In this document: positions 12,741 through 26,137 of the stretch, one piece after another
Layout: every line of letters begins with the position of its first letter
Numbering within the stretch: position 1 is the first letter of the stretch
Assembly (NCBI GenBank): GCA_965235115.1
Contig: OZ249436.1
Coordinates: forward strand, 53,694,001 to 53,758,000
DNA: 64,000 nucleotides
Direction of reading: 5' to 3'
Source of the DNA: Laetmonice hystrix
Taxonomy: Eukaryota
Translations under genes and position numbers: made by a program
The notes under the pieces: model-generated
Databases searched by the model: none
Told to the model about the DNA's origin: nothing
The model's input: only the letters and a program-made list of their open reading frames with translations

Positions 12741-14158
12741 CTTCTTCTGTGTGGTATAGGTGTCATCATATATAGACGGATCCCGAATTCAAAGAACCCC
12801 CTGAACTATTGTTTTGTGTCGGCCTACTATAGCTGTTAGCTGGGGGAATGTGCGTGCATATTTGCTGCGTGGTTACCACACTGGTTGCCAGGACACCAGT
12901 GCACTTTTTAAACACCTATTGGTGTTTGTATAATGAAAGTTCAATCTTTATACTGGGGTAAGTTTGATTGGTGAGGAGGGGGGGGGGCAAATCCCCCTTC
13001 GGCCCCCTGGCTACAGCCCTGTAACCCTTACACAAAAATAGGGAAATACAACTGATATCAAATCAACTGTAATGATACAACATTTACAAATCAAGTTAGT
13101 TGTGTCAATGTTACAAATGTGGTACGATGCCCAATTTGAGACTCTAAAGAAGGCTTCCCGCCCTCTCGCCCTGGGGTCGCTAGCGTGCCTTCCTGCATGC
13201 CGCTGACAGACAATATTAAATTGTATCAAGGAATGATATTGACATTTCCGGCACGGGCACGGGCACAGCTGTTCTTTAAAGTGCGACTGCAAAAAATTGG
13301 GTGTCCTCAACTTGATTCATAACTCCAATCGCCGAATCCATGCACCCAGGCCCTACACGGACAGGGTTGATAAATGGTGAGGGGTTAGCTGACCTTCTTC
13401 CTGACATGGAGGATCATATCGGCCCGACACATCCCAACACATAATCAGGAGGAGAATTCAGTTCAACTCTTACATCTGATTCATGTTTTAGACGTAAAAT
13501 AATGACCATTAAAGCCCAGTGCAACGTATTCTGTGATCCAATGATACATCAATAAGTCTCAGGGAAGAATCTTGATGACATCGGCAACGATCCATGTCGT
13601 AGAAAGGCGTAACTTATCGTTACCAAAGAGACAGGTCTGAGCAGAAATGATTGACGTGATTGGAGCGGTTATAGATAGGGCCGACCGAACTTCTCGGCCG
13701 AGCTGAAAGCTTTCACACCCGATGGAGATCTGAGGCGATCTCAGAGATGCTGTATTCATCCTCATACACGGTATTTCTACAAGGAATATTTGACTGTTCC
13801 GCATCACGTCATGACTGTCCGTGCTTCACCTTTTATAGCCATCGACTCTGATGTCCATAATGTCGAAGCCCTGTATATTTCTGTTGTATAGCGCGGCTTA
13901 TTTCTATCACGAGAAACATCATTGTGACTATCAATGTATTTTACAAATTACAAACCCCAGTCAAGTGTCGACGCACGGCAGTGTTAATGTGGGAGAAATA
14001 GGGTTCATAGCGAATATCCTCGGTTCGATTTGTCACTACAACTGGCGACAGATCCAATCAAGGTAGCAGAATTATTGAATTTATGTAGATCTAACGAAAC
14101 AGCGTCAGAGAAAAAATAGCAACCAAAAAAACCACTTACACATGAATTTTCCATTTCA

Positions 14159-14161
<3 letters not shown>

Positions 14162-14211
<50 letters not shown>

Positions 14212-14290
14212 GAGAGAGGAGGGGGGGGAGGGGAGGGAGAGGGGAGGGAGAGGGGAGGGAGAGGGGAGAGAATATATATATATATATACA
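14162..14290 (+). repeat. (GA)n / G-rich / (TA)n compound microsatellite
   Basis: Direct reading. Confidence 0.95.
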
Positions 14291-15320
14291 TGTGTAGATA
14301 GAGAATAAGAGAGAGACAGAGAGGAGGCAGAATTAATTAATTATCGAGCCAGGGGGCCGTCGCATAAATTCCCTCAAAATCGCCCGTAACTCAAGGCCAA
14401 TGCCCCTCGATTTTCTCGCGACAGCCATACGATTTTTGATCTAATGGTAGAATTCACCCTGAAATTTTTCCTGGATGGCCTTCCCTGTTTCTGGAAATCG
14501 GTTCAATCCTTTAATCTCAAAATCACAGTAAAATAAAAGGGTTATGTCAAAATCGCATGGACCTCGCAAGGACAAACGCCCATGTGGACTGGACTGCTTC
14601 TAAGGCGATTTTCCTTGTGTGTTTTCTCGTGTTCTCCCTTACACACCCACCTGCACACTATAGGTAAATTGAATAGAACTGTTTAGAATTGTAAAACACA
14701 CCAAATGATAGCCTCCGCTTTTATGGTAAATCTGCTCAATTTATCGACTCACGGAACTTTTTACTGATTATGCAATGCAGCGTTTAGCGGTACCGTTTGT
14801 TAAAAGTTTGATACATGGCTATAGGCACAAAGGCCGTGAAATTTTATGCAAGTTAGAAAAGATTTGAACACAATTGGTGCTCAAATAGTTAAGATATCCG
14901 CATTTTAGTGCCAGAGCCTGCTCGTGTGGATGCCGCCATAACGTCCGCTAATTTTACGTCACAGTGTCTGACCAATCACAGAACGACCGCTCTCCAGTTT
15001 GGGAGGAACTAAAAGCCTTGAGCGATTCGGAATTTGGTAGCGAACGTTGGCAGCTTACATGAACCATATTTGTTAGAACCTAGACGGAAACCATCGATAG
15101 TGAGATGAGTCGCTAGGAATTAGGCCTGCCGACATCAGGGTGTATACCGTGTAGGATATATGAGGGTGTACACGGATTTGGGCTGCCGTGGGTTTCGGCC
15201 ACCTGCATGCAATTCATAACTGCCCTCGAAGGTGTCATGTTGACGGAGCTCTGTCCGGCTGCAGGGCCCCCACCCTGACTACGAACGTTCACTGAGATCC
15301 GGGTGTCCAATGAGCAGACC

Positions 15321-15519
15321 AGCCCCGTTTCATAACTAATATCGCAGCTGCGTTATTAACGCAGATGTGTTAACGTGTTAATGTGTTAACGGAACGTGTT
15401 AATGTGTTAACGGAACGCACTATGCGTTCATAGTGCCCGTTGTCTGGCTCTAAAATCGTTTACTTAGCGCGCACCTATAAGGGTCTGCGCTAACTTCCCA
15501 TTATGAAATATAAAGCTGG
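15321..15519. mobile_element. Harbinger-like MITE; related end at about 39072
   Basis: CAGCCCCGTTTCATAACTAA start and degenerate TTATGAAATATAAAGCTG end; the same start motif recurs at about 39072. Confidence 0.5.
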
Positions 15520-17111
15520 CAGTTCTGCGAAATTACGTAACGTGAATACTTAAGTTGAAAAGTAGGGGAGACCGGGGCATTTTTCACATTAATGGTGTTT
15601 ACTGCAAGCCCAACTGAAGTAGAGGGCCTCAAATAATATCGACATATACCTCAATGTTTCCTATATAATATAATACTATACCCGGGTCAATAGTAACACA
15701 CCCCAGGGTCAGTTGTAACGGGACGAAAAGGGGGTAAATGTCCATTTAGAAAATATTTGTTATTCTCAATATGATTCGTACAAATATAATGTATATTACA
15801 ATTACATGTGCATGAAACATGAACGCACTCTTGCTTATAAGCAGGTCGAAGTCGGCCGCCAAACAAAAATACCGCGCAGCGGGAACTGACTTGAGTGGTG
15901 CAAAACACGTACCGGGCGCGGCTACACCCGTCTGGAAGCAGTTACAACACTCGGTAAACTGTGCGCAGCGATGATGCGTATGAACAAATGGCGCGATTGC
16001 CTTTAACTATTTAAGGCACCGATTCTATCTTCATCGTTCGCTAATAACGCAGGGTTAGGGGTTAGCGTTAGGGTTAAGGAAAGTGATAGTTATATTACAA
16101 AGAAAATTCTTTGACTGTTTGAGGGATTTTGCCGACATCGATTTACCCCGATGGTGATGAGTCCTAGGCGCGCATACGCGAATATAGACCGGAACTCTAA
16201 AACACTAACGTCAACGGACTTCTGGACAGTGCCACAATGGCTGCGCTGCTGAAGCTGGTGATTTTGACACGATTGTCATGTTCGACATGACTTCTTGAAA
16301 TGGGGGGGGGGGGACATTCATTTCCAACCACTAGTGTGAAAGGTGTGTATACATGGAGGATTGCGGCGGTCCAAATGTGATTTTTTTTCAAGCCTTTGCC
16401 TTTAAATATTTATACAGCACTTTGTATCCGCTAAGCGTCCGCTAACGGTAACGGACAGCCCCCCCCCCAGCACAGTAAAGTATAATAAATTGTATGAAAA
16501 TGGAAGTCATATTATGTTCAACTACAAGGAATGCGCCGAAGTTTAATGGTCCTTAGAGAGTTGGTGTCTATTACTACCTTTCTACGCTAATGCATACTGA
16601 GTGGTTATGATGAGGCAGACGACTACGACAATAGAAGAAACGTCGCGCGAAATGCAATGTAATAGATTTACTATCTAATTACTAATCATCTTTGCACTCA
16701 TAAAAACAAAGAAGTCTTTGCAGATTATATTTCGCAAGTGTAATGAGCGAATGCGTTTTGTGTCAGATATTGTCTTAGCCGAATTCAGAGGTAGGACACG
16801 AAGACTTTACGACCATTAGTGTAAAACGTTCTCTCTCCCTACAACGACCTGCAGTATTCGATTCTGAGCCTGTCTTCTCGGCACGTGTCAACATCTGCTG
16901 TTATTGCAGACTATACCGTTTGTCGTCGTATCTATTTACTTAACACGTGCCTCTTACCGTGAATAGATTGTTCTCATGACTGTATTGCACACGTGCCTAA
17001 CTTGCAAGGATCGACTTTTCATACCCATGTTTCACTCACAGGATGAACGCGACGAGGCGTGCCTGGACCACGTGTTTGTCGACATCAGCATCGCTCAATT
17101 TAATGTACCAT

Positions 17112-17294
17112 CAGTGGGGGATCAGGATTTTGATAAGGGGGGGGGGGGCACACCAGGCTTTTGATAAGAGGGGAGGCACCAGGATTTTGATAAGGGGGCT
17201 CACCTACATTTTTGGGGATTTTGACTGTAAAAAAAAGAAGAAAAAGGAAATCTAAGGGGGCCGGGCCCCCTAGGCCCCCCTGGATCCCCCACTG
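17112..17294. mobile_element. hAT-like MITE with 6-bp TSD
   Basis: TACCAT|CAGTGGGGGATC...GATCCCCCACTG|TACCAT. Confidence 0.85.
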
Positions 17295-17549
17295 TACCAT
17301 GCATTGCCCGAAAACATAAAGGTACACTAAGAAGAATCGATCCAACTTCGGAAAGTCACAGTTTTAGTAAATACCCTCTGGAACTAATAAGCAAAGGGAT
17401 TCCCATCCCCATTGCAGAAAAAGGCGGTCACGTTTGCACCGACCTGTCGCAATAACTGCGTATGATGTCAAGAGACAAGGCTATATATTCGGAAAATGAA
17501 TAGCCTCGTTATAACCACAGGGCTGTCTTTTAGTACAAGCTTTTTAGTG

Positions 17550-19100
17550 CAAGGTGGAATGCATTATACATCTCACTGATCCACATCCAAGGCGACCTCG
17601 GCAAGAGCACCTTAAGGCGAGTAAAGGACATTCGAATCCAGCCTCGGGAGTGAAGCTGATAGTCAGTCAGTCAACTATTGTCGTGTTAATGAAGCTCTTA
17701 ATAGGTGCAGCTTCAGCAGCTTGGGAGAGAGGTCCCATTCCGTGTGCCGTGTGCACTTTCATGGATTAGTAGGAAGGGGGTTAATGAAGAAGTTCAGAGA
17801 GGCACAGACAGGATGGTTGGAGATCACAGCAGGTCATGCCTAGTAATCTAGCCCGGGAGAAGTCCAAGCCCATTGTTTCAGTCTGATCGCCCAGATTCAG
17901 TGTCATTCAAGACTACAAGCACTTGCATGTAGTTCAGATAGCTTGAAGGGAACCTTAAAAATTGGCAGGTATTATATTGGAGAGGGGCAACAATACAGTT
18001 CCCGCCAATTGTTCGTTGTGCTGGATCTTTTATCGGACTGCACTCTCCTACTGTGGACAAAGTGCGTAAACTCAATAGTCTTGATTACACAAGGCAAAGT
18101 TACTTTTATATGCAGACGGAGTGTGTCTGACTTCCTACCGCATAGTGTTAAGTACATGGAGGTATGAATAGTGTTTTGTCGAAAAGTATGAACATAGAAG
18201 TTTGGTGGTTTCAGCGATTACTCTGGTTTCTTGCAACAAAAAATCAACTAGCCTTCCAATACCACCCGACTTTGGTCGAATGACATTTCATTTATAAAAA
18301 CATGTTGTAAGGAATATTGTTGAAGCCATAAGTAAGTACTATAAAAACGGACCGACTTTCGTTACTGCACTTTGTAGATACGGGATAGGTAATAAGAAAG
18401 TAATGAAAAATATATAGATCTATGTGATACTGCCCGATCTTTCCGAGTCTTGCCTCCGAAATTCTGTTCCGCAAACACGCCAACAATCATGTGCATTTCG
18501 TTTATACTTGGTCGCGGCCGACAATCCCGATTTCCAGAATTTATAGGCAACGCCACCGATCAAACCAATTCGTCCAGTCCCGCCAAGAACACCGATATGG
18601 AACTCCAGCACCGTTATTTACTGCTATCAATTAGTTCATCATATACACCTCCAGGGGTTGAGATCCTGTGGCAGACGCCGCCGCTCGGGCAAGCGATAAG
18701 GAATCTTCCCTACAGCTATCAGTGCGGAATCAATACCCTGGTCAGCGTAAACCCTCCTTGTGAGACTCTTCAAGTCGAATTTTTAAATTTGAACACCTAT
18801 CTTTTAATTACTAGTATTACTAAATGCTGGAAATCGCTGTTGATACTACAATACACGTTGGTTGATACTGGTATATTTATCACTTGTTCTGGAGGCCCAT
18901 GCCCAGTCATTGCTCGTGGAATATGTTTCGGGAGTTGGCGCACGCTAGTCTTGACCAACACTCAATCTGACCGCCTGTAAAATTACATCGCAGGTTGCCC
19001 CTGGAAGAGATTGACTGACAGTTGGTCGTGCCATGTCGGGCAATTAATGCCCTCTTCACGACGAAAATATTGTGAAACTAGAAAAAGGTGGATAAGAGAC
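17550..19100 (-). pseudogene. Possible highly decayed CR1/L2-type LINE (esterase-like ORF1 and endonuclease traces)
   Basis: Faint minus-strand motifs only: QSLPGATCDVI near 19000 (SGNH-esterase-like), and degenerate endonuclease-like segments near 18000 and 17910. Confidence 0.25.
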
Positions 19101-19809
19101 TATTGTCTTTCGGGTCCTCACGGGGAAACTTGCCCAACTCGGAGGAAATAATGACAAGGAGAAAAAAAAGAGAACAAACTTTTTAGAAATGTTATCTTTT
19201 CACGCTTGTCAGGACCACTACCTGTAACCGAGCTGCATTCTCCAGAAGAAAATCCACCGAGAGAGAAGTTGGCTTCATTACCGTTATCCCAAATACCAGA
19301 GGGCAAATCTGCACGACCATACAAGGAGATAACTGGCTCCGGCATTATCGACTTTCTGTGAGAACGATAACACTATATAAGGAAATATCAACCCAACATC
19401 CACGTTTAATTAAAGAATCCTGAATAATTCCCCCATCTTCTGATATTTTAAAATCTAGGCGGTTGGAAACCTAGGGGGATGCCACATGTACACGTCTATG
19501 TGATCTCGGTTGCAGCTGTGCTAGCAAGCCAGATTTCCCTAACTCTTTAACCCAGCCTGGGCCCTGTTTCATAAACCACGACCAAAAAAGAACGATAATT
19601 CTTAAAAAATAGTAGCAGGAACGATAATCGTTACGATATATCGTCGGTTCCGTTTCATAAAGTGCATCGTTGAAGAAAATCAAAATCGTTACATATTTGA
19701 AAATCGTTCCTCGTCGACCCTGGGTAAGACAACCGGGAACCAGTTGAATGAACTGAATAGTGACGTCAGGAGGGGAATTCCGGGAATACCCCCTTGACAC
19801 ATGCTTGTT

Positions 19810-21362
19810 CTGCCGTATGTAGGCCTACATACGTTCGTATGTCCGTAGACAGCGATTTCTCATAAGTGTATGGGTCGATTTCTTTAAAACTTCACACAAT
19901 GATCAGGGATGATCTGAGTATGAGATTTTTGATATCATTCAAAATGGCCGTTTGACGGCCATCTTGGATGTAAACACATTTTCATCAATATCTCAGCCAA
20001 AACAGTCACGATTTCTTTCGAACCTGGTCCAGGGAGGAGGCATAATGATGGCCAATATGCATCGCAATACAATTTCAATTCAGATTCAAAATGGCGACAT
20101 GGCGGCCATATGTGTTTCTTGACCCCCCACAATGACACTGTTTTGGCTTATATCTCGAAAACGGTGCAAGATGACGCAATAGTTACTATTACTGATAGAT
20201 AGGAAGTCATATATGAAGTTTCATTTGGCGCCATTTTCCATGACCTTGAGCGACCTTGAAAGGTCAATCAAGGTCATGTAGATTTTCAATAGCCTGGATC
20301 TTTAAAACAGTTGACGATAACAACATAATCTTGCATGAAACATTACATAATGATCAGGTACAGTCCAAGGTAGAGGCAGGTCAAAGATATTTTTGACATC
20401 AGTCAAAATGGCCGCGTGGTGGCCATCTTGGATATAATCACATTTGGAGCAATAACTCAGACAAAACGATCCCGATTTCTTTCAAATTTGGTAGAAAGAA
20501 GGTGCATATGAGGGGCAATGAATATGCCAATGTATTCTCAGATCAGAGCAAATATGGCGACATGGCGGTCACAGTAATATTTTTTACTCCCCCATAACAC
20601 TGTTTTGGCTCGTATCTCGACAACGGTGCAAGATAAGGCAATAGTTACTAGTATTGACAGATAGGAAGTCATATATGAAGTTTCATTTGGCGCCATTTCC
20701 CATGACCTTGAGCGACCTTGAAAGGTCAATCAAGGTCATGCAGATTTTAATGGCCTGTACCTCCAAATCTGTTGAAGATAACAAGATCTAATCTTGCATG
20801 CAACATTACATAATAACCAGGGACAGTCTAAGGAGGACACAGGTCAAACGTATAATTAAAAATGGCTGCTTGCTGGCCATCTTGGATATGAAGAAATTCG
20901 AAACAATAACTCTGACATTTTCTGTCCTTCTTTCTTGGTGACAGAAGGCATGAGGGGCAACAAGCGTGCCAAAAGTACACATAGTTCCTGGACCCACAGA
21001 TAATTAGTCCCTACTCAGTCAGTGGGCTGTGACTCTGACGGGGTCTGGTGAAATTTACTAATTTTAGTAAAAATTGAGAGAGAAAATCATGAATTTCCAT
21101 GAATTTAACTAACCTCTAAAGGTCAATCAAGGTCAAGCATACATGTATTTGCAATTGCCTGTATCTAGACAAAAAACTTCACGTCGGATAACACTATCAA
21201 ATTGTACATAACTGCATAGTTACTATAAGATGCGGACGAAGTACATACGAAGTTTCCTTTGGCAATATTTTCTTTGCCCTTTAAAGATCAATTGAAGTCG
21301 TGCATCGTTTCTTCAAGAATACATAGTTCTTGGTGGGGGCTATAAGCTTCACAAGCTTGTTT
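19810..21362 (+). mobile_element. Nested non-autonomous repeat with about 460-bp internal tandem units (Helentron/HINE-like)
   Basis: (CGTATG/CCGT)-like start; AAAATGGC(C/T)G recurs at about 19941, 20405 and 20858; TGACCTTGAGCGACCTTGAAAGGTCA recurs at about 20241 and 20703; ends GGGGGCTATAAGCTT...CTTGTT. The motif GGACCCACAGATAATTAGTCCCTAC is shared with about 10400. Boundaries are approximate. Confidence 0.55.
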
Positions 21363-21957
21363 ATAATGGGCTGGTATGGTAAAAAAAACATAAGTAGTTG
21401 GGCGACCAAGTATTTCTACTGAATGGAAAACACTACACCGTATAGATCTAGTAGATACCTAGCTAGGGCTAGTACTAAGACTTAGTGCTTGTTATCCGGT
21501 AAATAAAGGATAAAATCATGTAGGCCTACATTGTAGGCATACATGTCTTATGTTTTGCCCTCCACAAGAAACCCCATGTCCCGGATGTTCCCAGTAAAGA
21601 ACACAAAGAACACAAAGAGAAGAAAAAGTCATCATCTCCCAAGATAAAGCACAAGATGAGAAAGGCACAGTTTGGACTCCCTCAATATCCGTCACCTCCC
21701 CTACGGCCCGGCTAACGGTGGGCTTGCTAACGCCCTAGAGGCCGCTCAGAACTCTGTAGTTGGGCCCTGTCGCGTAGTAGCACAGGGCCAAACACATCTC
21801 CAAAATGAGGAAGGGGCTATTAACATATTTTTTGGTGAGTTAGTTTTAGGCCTACACAGCTGATATAGGCCTCTTAATTACTTTAAGAGGAATTACCCTA
21901 TTAAAGAAGTATACCTTACTTATTTCTAAGTAATACATTTGGGAAATTTTGACAAAT

Positions 21958-22146
21958 TCAAGCTTTGACTATATTCATGATACTACTTGGATCGCCAGAC
22001 GTTGAGCAAAACGGCGAGTCTTCATATGTTCTTGAAAGGGCGATCACTGACTCCTTGTCCAGCCGATACCGTTTCCCGAATAAGTCGCCGTCAAACCTAT
22101 TAATTGGGTCTATTCGCGCGAAGAACCATCTCCGTCTCCCCTCCAT
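21958..22146 (-). pseudogene. Harbinger (HARBI1-like) transposase N-terminal remnant
   Basis: MEGRRRWFFARIDPINRFDGDLFGKRYRLDKESVIAL resembles the R..P....D..F..RYRL.K motif at the Harbinger transposase N-terminus. It lies inside Harbinger TIRs; no DDE core seen. Confidence 0.7.
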
Positions 22147-23598
22147 AATTCACGGTTGAAGTAAAATTCCGCAAAAATTCACTTATTTCGCGCCTTTATA
22201 TTATTCTACAACAAACCTCGGTGTGGTCGTGGCCAACGATTTTCTTTCGAGGAAATAACAATATGTTTCACGAATAAGTCACCGTAAAACCTAGTATTAA
22301 TTGGGTTTATTCACGCGAAGAACCACCGACGCCTCCTTCTCCTCTCCATAAATGACGGTTGTAGTAAAATTTCGCCAAAATTCACTCATTTCGTGTTTTT
22401 ATATTATCCTACGACAACCCTCGGGGTGGTCGTGGCCAACGACTATTTTCGAGGAAATAACGATTGAAAAAAAGCCAAGAACGATTTTATGAAACACTTG
22501 AGCGATTTTTCATTTGGTCGTGACAAATTTATCGTCCTTCGACAAGAACGATCTTTTATGAAACAGAATCTATCGTATATCGACAATATGATTAAATCTA
22601 AAATGTAAGATTTTTTATGAAACAGGGCCCTGGAGGTAGAAATGCAGCCTTGAATCTCTTACCATCATACACTTCGCCTTGAGACCTGCATTGGAATAAT
22701 AACCGATCACAGTTCTCGGGCACACGAAAATGACAGGAGTATTGGTGAGCAATTAAGCCATGTATGAACGAGTATCTGGCAGTATAGCCTAAGGGAATGA
22801 GGTTGACATGTCATTAGGTGTAATTAATCGGGCCGACAGGTATTGTGCGAACAACATAACTATCCCATAGCAGCTATATAATATTCTACTAATTAACGTC
22901 TTCATGTCGTCATTTATAAGATTTAATGCCCACTCTGGGTACAAAGCACATTTTCTGGTTGCTCCATTGGGTAAAGCTTTTAGCAGTGATTAACCGCAGG
23001 AGACAGTTATTAGATTTAAACTTTTATGGAAGACGTGTCCTTTAATACCTTCTAATATGTATTTCCAAAATATTCGGGGCAGATGCATCCTCAATCAGTG
23101 TCAGGAAGAGCTGTCATTATGATCAACAACATACTCTCATTTGTGCAAATTAGTAAAAGTCGGGGGAATTACCTCTTCGATCGCTACATCCGAACTAACG
23201 ATGGGGTATTGACGACTTGGGAAAACGAATAGTTCCGCCACAATTTTTACCAGTTTTGTGTTTACCCTTTTGGCTGACTTTTATTTATACCAGTCCCAGT
23301 AAATATACCATACGAGACCTTTCCCACGGTTCATCGGATTGTTTCTATTGTTTGCTTGAACGTATTTACCTTCACTCTCCGTTTTACGCAGCCTTAATTA
23401 ATAAATTTCAGGCAAACTTCCGCCATCTTTGTTGACGAACATGTCTTTCCGTTGCGTCTGAGTTGGGGTTGGCGCTTCCAGCATCCAGCCTCCGCGACGG
23501 GGCCGTTATAGTACACATAAGGAGGATCTTTGTTAGGGGTAAAAGGGAACATCTATTGAGCTCTGTGGCGCAGAATGCATGCATGAAAGACTGACTAA

Positions 23599-24597
23599 AG
23601 CTGGAATTCCATAGATCCATATATCCGTGCATGCGTATGTATGTCCGCACAGATACGCCTCGGGAGCGATTCCTACGTATTATGGATCAGCCACGCATTA
23701 GCTGAGCCAGGCCGAGGTGTGTAAGTGCCTTTCTTGGTCTGTCTATGCAGAAACCCAATTGAGACATAATGTAGCTGTTGTATAAATTTATAAAATATCC
23801 TCATATCAAATTTAAAATTTATCTGCGGGAATAGTGTCAATTTTCTAGACCCAAAGTACTTGAGCCGGCTGGTTCCATGCAGCCACAGCTGAAATCCCCA
23901 ATAACAGGGGCGACCTCATTAGGGCCCGGTTTCTCGAAAATACTTAAGTTTGAGTTTCACTCAAATCTACTCAACTCTGTCAGGCGTTCCAAAGAACATA
24001 TATTTAGCCAATGTGAATCTTCCATTTCATTCCATTTTGGCGCCATTCCTGAGTTGAGTAGATTTGAGTGAACTCAGACTTAAGTATTTTCGAGGAGCCG
24101 GGCCTAGATATAAGTGGGAAGGATGTCTTTCCATGCCCTATACTGTTTTCAAAGCATTGTGTCAAACGATGATAAGTACATTAAAGAAGGGGTAATTATA
24201 TTATTGTCAGGGATGTGCTTTTTATTGTAGGCCTAGTTACATTCTTTACATTTAAGGATTTCTACCAGGCCAGCTTGGTCCAAGCTGGAGACTAACGAAG
24301 ATGATGACGAAATGCTGTTAGTTCTTGTTAATGCACATATAGAAAACCCAACAAACCGAAAAGGAGACACCAGTGGTGGGTGCACAGCATACTGCGGAAA
24401 AGAAACACAGAGCATTCTATCTTCCAGTGAAAGAGCTAGAATTGTACCAAGAAAGTTTTTTTTCACAGTATTTCCGCTTGACGAGCAGAAAATCCTCTTT
24501 GCGCAGTACGAGTACAAGGCCACTCTACGGAATGTGACTGCGTATGTGTAGTCCGTACGCACACGCCGGCACAGTACGGATCTATGGAATTCTAGCT
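23599..24597. mobile_element. About 1-kb non-autonomous Harbinger-like element
   Basis: TAA|AGCTGGAATTCCATAGATCC...GGATCTATGGAATTCTAGCT|TTA. Confidence 0.75.
23923..24104. mobile_element. Harbinger-type MITE nested in the preceding element
   Basis: TAG|GGCCCGGTTTCTCGAAAATACTTAAG...CTTAAGTATTTTCGAGGAGCCGGGCC|TAG, with about 55-bp TIRs. Confidence 0.9.
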
Positions 24598-24684
24598 TTA
24601 CTTTCCAAACGTTCACATTGTAATGCCAGTCCAAGTATTGCCTTTATTTTTTTCATTATATCCCGAGTAGATGTGGGCACCCCT

Positions 24685-24937
24685 TCTACTTACAATGAAA
24701 TGCCCCTGTTAATGTGCATAACATTCGCTAAATCCTCGTGTAATACATCGTCTATTTCTATGGTGATTACGACTGTTAGTGCCGTTTTTTTGTAAACTGA
24801 AGCCGAATTTTTAAACCACTCGATCCGTCGCCATTCCTCCTTTTTTTCGGTTCCATTTGCACATGCGCAGTACGAAAAACAGCATGGCGGACAGGCGAGC
24901 ACGGACTATAATAGCCCGATTCGTTTACAAAACCGTC
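24685..24937 (-). repeat. Dispersed repeat, inverted homologue of 48790-49033
   Basis: Colinear similarity including GTACTGCGCATGTGCAAAT and GGAATGGCGACGGA. Confidence 0.85.
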
Positions 24938-25912
24938 CGTAATATATATTACAGAAGATGCGCATCATTTTCTAAACTCCGCGCAACACTCCAAGGTGAT
25001 GGGTAAGTAATCATGTCTTTATTTTCTTTATTTGAAGATTTCTGTACGAGTCGTCTATCGACCCAAAAAGGATAGGGCATTGGGGAGAGATATTGGCTAG
25101 GACCTGGGATAAAATAGGTCCCTTTTACTATTTAGTGTTCTAACTCTGTTTTTGCCGTGAAGATATCTTGGATGTCGACACGGTGTAAAACCATATTACT
25201 CCCACGCTCACTTTTTCACTGTGAATATAATATTATTTGCTTGATTACTGCTTGATTATTGATAATTACACATCTAATCTGTTATGAAAACTGCTGACAC
25301 AACTGAGAGTATAGCAAGAGCAACGCAGATCGAATGTATACAGTGATTACAAAACGGGACCCAAAACTACCTTAAAATATCTGTGTTAAGTAACAAGTTT
25401 CTATATTTACGATGTCAAACGAAAGTCTCCATCGCACAAAAGCCCAAAACTCCCTCGAATAAAGTGTATACACCAACGAGTCTAATATGGTGTACGGTTG
25501 AGCCCACTCACGACCATTGCACGAGGACGAGCAGCAGATACGGTTCCACCTCGTCGTCATCAGTGTCAACAACATCACGTTCTTGTCTCCGTATCTCCCT
25601 ATCAACTATCATGTCAGCGTGGGTCATTTTATACAATAGGGCGATTACCACGTCACCAGTCTTGTAGACGACATGCCTGGGTGGAATCTAGGAGGATAAA
25701 CGAATGGGGCGCGCAGGTCTGTGGGAATGAGGCACAAGATGTCGGGGGGGGGGGGGATGGTATGCTCTGGCACCCTTCAATTATCGCTTAATCTGTTGTG
25801 TTTGTTTCATTCGCGTAGCCTTTACAAACTCTGGCTCAGTCCTTGGAGCACGAACAGCCTCCAGGCTCTAGGGGTGTAGTGTACCCGGATGCTAAATTGT
25901 GCCACTCACTTA

Positions 25913-26137
25913 GGGGCGGACCATTTAACATTGATGGGGGGGGGGGGGGGGGGGTTAGGAAGATTTAGTTTGGACAGAATATTTTTTTCACACAATTTCA
26001 GAGCCGGAATTTTGTTAGACCTCTATTCAATGACAAGGACAGCCAAATTATTTTTTTCCGACGAAATTGGAGCCGGGAAATTTATTCATAAAATCTTCCT
26101 ACCCCCCCCCCCCCATCAAAGTTAAATGGTCGGCCCC
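25913..26137. mobile_element. Tourist-like MITE with TTA TSD
   Basis: TTA|GGGGCGGACCATTTAAC...GTTAAATGGTCGGCCCC|TTA, with poly-G / poly-C inside the TIRs. Confidence 0.9.

Larger units (their letters stand above)
19560..22629 (-). mobile_element. Defective PIF/Harbinger transposon (3.07 kb) with a nested insertion
   Basis: 16-bp TIRs GGCCCTGTTTCATAAA / TTTATGAAACAGGGCC, perfect CTG TSD, AACGAT-rich subterminal repeats, and a transposase N-terminus inside. Confidence 0.9.

Noticed and set aside
16050..16080. Telomere-like GGGTTA repeats (also at about 9830 and 55175)
   Set aside because: These are short degenerate tracts typical of MITE interiors, not an interstitial telomere.
18450..18980. 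176-aa plus-strand ORF
   Set aside because: It has a non-ATG start and no recognisable motif; it is probably antisense to decayed LINE sequence.
25490..25570. Minus-strand CTGATGA followed by a hairpin (hammerhead-like)
   Set aside because: It has GCAA instead of GAAA and no stem I pairing.
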